Assembly: GCA_965248445.1 (NCBI GenBank)
Contig: CBDFJG010000002.1
Span: 224,001 to 288,000 of the forward strand
Direction: 5' to 3'
DNA: 64,000 nucleotides
Source: Planctomycetota bacterium
GTDB taxonomy: Bacteria > Planctomycetota > JAJSAM01 > JAJVHW01
The notes beneath the pieces were generated by a model that had not been told where the DNA came from, did no database searches, and saw only the letters and a list, made by a program, of their open reading frames with translations. This document shows positions 61,001-64,000 of the stretch, in pieces (position 1 is the stretch's first letter; every line of letters starts with the position of its first letter). The translations under genes were made by a program, and so were the position numbers.

Positions 61001-63979
61001 CTAGCCGAGCCCGTTGAGCACTTCCTCGATGCTCATCGCGTCCACGCGGTGCCTCACTGCAACGGGTCCCGCGGCTTCGAGAGTCTCACGTGCGAGCTGG
61101 CGCCACTCGGCGGCGTGTGACGGGAATCCCTGTGCGAGGATGCCGAGCGCTTCGAAACGCACAGCCGGACTGTCCACCTCCGGGTCCAATAGCCGCTCGA
61201 CCAGCCGCTGCGCTGCCTCGGAATCGCGATCCGCCGCGCTCACCGTGACCCTGCGCAGGGCGTCGGCTATGAGCGCCTCGTCCTTGAGGTTCGACGCGTT
61301 CGACAACGAGTGCGCGCGAACGGCGAGTTCGCGTGCGCGGCGCAGCGTCCCTGCCCGCCACGCGATGCACGCCTCGCCCAGGACGACGTGCGCTTCGAGG
61401 CGCCGTTGCCCCATGGTGTCGAGCGCGGCCAGCAGTTCGTCGTCGGTCTTCGTCGTTGCCCGCGTGCGGAGCGCGATACGCCGTAGAAGCGCCTCCGCGA
61501 TCGCTTCGTAGAGCGCGTGACGGACGGACGCGGACAGCTCGCGTGCCGACGTCGCGTGCTCGGCGGCGCGTTCGATCCGGTCCGTGTCGATCAGCGCTTC
61601 GGATAGGCGCATATGCGACGCGATCCGCGCGGAAGTACGCGACGTGCTTGCGAGCGCGCGTTCGTAGAATGCAATACTCGTCTCGGGATCGCCCCGCTTC
61701 TCCGCGAGCGCCGCGCGCCACGACGCGATCGACGCGCCCGGGGTGTCGTCGTCGATCCGCGCGGCCCACTCCTCGGCGAGAGAGATCACACGCTCTTCCT
61801 CCTCGATCCCGATCCCGCGCGCCGCGCGCAGGAGGAGCGCGTGGCGCCACTGCTCGAGCCGCACGTCGTCGACCTCCGCGAGCGCGTCGAGCTCGCCCAG
61901 CGCTGCGCTCATTTCGCCTGCGACGATTTTCCGTTGCGACTGCAGCAGGACGCGGAGGCCGTGGGTGAAGCTCTTGGGCAAACCCGAACGGTCGATCTCG
62001 TAGATCCCGCGCTCCGCGTCCTGCGGCGCACCGCCCGAGAGGCACATCGGCACCCAGATCGAGAGCAGGCGGCGCGTCTGCTCGGTGTCGCCGTGCTCAC
62101 GGGCGATCGACAGGCCGACCTCGAGCGCCACCAGCCCGTCGTGCTGCTTGCCGTCCACGTACGCGCGCTCGCCGACGCTCTCGGCCTCGGGAACGGCGCG
62201 GGGATCGTGGGCCGCGGCGAAGTGGCGCAAGCGTGCGAGCGCGCCGACGGGGATGTTCTCCGCGATCGCCCGATGTACGTCGTGGCGCTGCTCGCGCGTC
62301 CAGTGGGTGGGCACGGCGGCGCCGTACAGCGGCTGGACGCGGCCGTCGGCGAGCCGCCGCACGACTCCGGCCTCCTCCAGTTCCCGCACGCGCTCTTCGA
62401 CCAGCCAGCGTGGCTGAGACGTTGCCGCGGAGAGAACCGGGAGCGTTGCGTGCGGCCAGGCGAGGTTGGTGCACGCGAGGACGTCGTCCTCCGCTGCGGC
62501 GCGGGGCATCGACTCCGTCCCCGCCGCCGAGACGAGCCGTCCGCCGACGCCGAGTTGATCGAGCGCGGGGCGCGTGACGTGCACGCGGCCGCTCTCCCAG
62601 TGTGCGAGCCCCGCGCGGCACCACGCGCCGACCTCCTCGGCCACGCGGCGCGCGAGTCCGCCGGTCCGTTCCCAGAGCTCGTGAGCAGCGTCGTCCGGCA
62701 GGTGGAGGATCCGTCGCGGACCGGCGAACAGCGGCTCGAGATCCACGGCCGAGAACCGAGTCAGCTCGATCGTCACGTCCGCGTCGGCCTCCCCCACGAT
62801 GATCGCCGCGCCCGCGTCACGCACCTGATCGATCGCCTGGCGTGACCACCGATCCACCCGCTCGGGGCCGTCCACGAGCAGCACGGTGCCCGCCGACAGC
62901 CTTGCGCGGAGCGCGTCGGTCGCGAGCGCGTGCGCGTCCCGGGCGCTGTCGGCACACGAGATGACATTCGCGTCGATCACGTCGCGCAGTCCGGAGTACG
63001 GAGAGTTGCCCGGCGCCACCCACAGCACCGGCACGTCCGCCGCTCGCAACTCCGCCGCGACGTCGCGCAGCAGTCGCGTGCGGCCGGTGCCTGGGAGACC
63101 CTGCACGATGACTCGCTGTCCGGCCCGCACGGCGGCCAGCGTGTCGTCGAGCGGGGCGCTGGAACCGAGCCTGGGGAGCACGTCTTTCACGAACGCGGCG
63201 TCGGTCGCGAAGAAGCGACGGAGCACTTCGCCCGCGGTGCGCGGCCGATGCTCGCGGTCGGTGCTCAACATCGCATCGACAGCATCGGCGACGTGGATCG
63301 GAGCGTCCGGCGCCGCGTGCAGGAGCCGCGGTGCCGGTGCGCGCATCTTGATGCGGATGATGTCCATCCGGTTGGTGCTGGCGAACGGTGTCGCTCCGGT
63401 CAGCGCCGCGTAGAGCATCGTGCCGACCGCGTACAGGTCGGAGCGCGCGTCGGCCGGGTCGCCGCAGATCTGCTCCGGCGCGAGGTACTCCGGCGTGCCG
63501 AGCAGCGTTCCCGTCTGCGTGACCCGCTCGCCGAGTGCGGGGCCGTAGGAGATCCCGAAGTCGAGAATCGTGACGCGGCCATCTTCGCCGACCAGCACGT
63601 TCGACGGCTTGAGGTCGCGGTGCACGATGCCCGCCGCGTGGACGCGTGCCAGTGCCTCGAGCAGCGAGCGCGCCAGCGGCGCGAGCTGCTCCCACTTGAT
63701 GGGAGGTTCGACGCCCGGGAACTGCTCCCCCTCGAGCAGTTCCATGCCCAGGAACTTGCGCCCCTCCCACGTGCCGTGATCGATCAGCGAGACCACTCCG
63801 GGCAGCCGCAGGAGACGCAGCGCCGCGACCTCGCGGCGCACGCGGGCGGGCACCGCCATGGCGTTCTCGCGCAGGATCTTGACGGCGACGCGGTGGTCCG
63901 TGCCGATCACCGTTGCCTCGTACACGTTCCCGGCGCCGCCGGATCCGAGGGGGGGTCCGAGTTGGTAGCGGCCGGCCAC
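61001..63979 (-). CDS. Ser/Thr protein kinase + degenerate P-loop NTPase + TPR-like region (may extend 5' beyond the window)
   Basis: Motifs LGSGGAGNVY, VAVK, HRDLKPSN, DFG, GTPEYLAPEQ, DLYAVG, GLPGTGRT, RTGG; the frame stays open to base 64000. Confidence 0.92.
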   Translation of the reverse strand: MAGRYQLGPPLGSGGAGNVYEATVIGTDHRVAVKILRENAMAVPARVRREVAALRLLRLPGVVSLIDHGTWEGRKFLGMELLEGEQFPGVEPPIKWEQLAPLARSLLEALARVHAAGIVHRDLKPSNVLVGEDGRVTILDFGISYGPALGERVTQTGTLLGTPEYLAPEQICGDPADARSDLYAVGTMLYAALTGATPFASTNRMDIIRIKMRAPAPRLLHAAPDAPIHVADAVDAMLSTDREHRPRTAGEVLRRFFATDAAFVKDVLPRLGSSAPLDDTLAAVRAGQRVIVQGLPGTGRTRLLRDVAAELRAADVPVLWVAPGNSPYSGLRDVIDANVISCADSARDAHALATDALRARLSAGTVLLVDGPERVDRWSRQAIDQVRDAGAAIIVGEADADVTIELTRFSAVDLEPLFAGPRRILHLPDDAAHELWERTGGLARRVAEEVGAWCRAGLAHWESGRVHVTRPALDQLGVGGRLVSAAGTESMPRAAAEDDVLACTNLAWPHATLPVLSAATSQPRWLVEERVRELEEAGVVRRLADGRVQPLYGAAVPTHWTREQRHDVHRAIAENIPVGALARLRHFAAAHDPRAVPEAESVGERAYVDGKQHDGLVALEVGLSIAREHGDTEQTRRLLSIWVPMCLSGGAPQDAERGIYEIDRSGLPKSFTHGLRVLLQSQRKIVAGEMSAALGELDALAEVDDVRLEQWRHALLLRAARGIGIEEEERVISLAEEWAARIDDDTPGASIASWRAALAEKRGDPETSIAFYERALASTSRTSARIASHMRLSEALIDTDRIERAAEHATSARELSASVRHALYEAIAEALLRRIALRTRATTKTDDELLAALDTMGQRRLEAHVVLGEACIAWRAGTLRRARELAVRAHSLSNASNLKDEALIADALRRVTVSAADRDSEAAQRLVERLLDPEVDSPAVRFEALGILAQGFPSHAAEWRQLARETLEAAGPVAVRHRVDAMSIEEVLNGLG

Positions 63980-64000
63980 GACCGACGCGAACTCGGCCGC

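Overview
A very GC-rich bacterial window, densely coding on both strands. The organism is probably a diderm planctomycete-like bacterium, inferred from a TIGR02999-type ECF sigma factor next to a Ser/Thr kinase, an OprO/P porin, a Bat operon and many secreted hypothetical proteins. In order it contains: (1) an ECF sigma plus a frameshifted kinase-ATPase-TPR gene with HRE in place of HRD; (2) a SAM methyltransferase and a 24-aa membrane peptide; (3) a translationally coupled operon of CHAT caspase-like protease, secreted S8 protease, two paralogous anti-sigma-like proteins and a sensorless histidine kinase, whose 5' end is cut off by a 1500-bp IS66 element lacking a target-site duplication; (4) a porin, an M48/YgjP peptidase and a moxR-DUF58-batABCDE operon; (5) two ECF/anti-sigma modules whose promoters and local targets can be read from the DNA, with ettA between them; (6) a glycine-rich secreted protein and a GNAT; (7) katG with a divergent Fur-family gene; (8) a GT2, sulfotransferase, GT-C and methyltransferase cluster; (9) two 479-aa pseudo-peptidase-like paralogs flanking a CPBP protease; (10) FMN reductase, PCD, acyl-CoA dehydrogenase, NYN protein, heme/copper monooxygenase, S9 peptidase and a ZU5(HFS)-NHL surface protein; (11) imuB-dnaE2 without imuA but with a candidate SOS palindrome; (12) two tandem unknown lipoproteins sharing an upstream motif, followed by a second kinase-NTPase-TPR gene. 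I recognised no rRNA, tRNA or CRISPR array. All family calls come from motif recognition by eye, not database searches.
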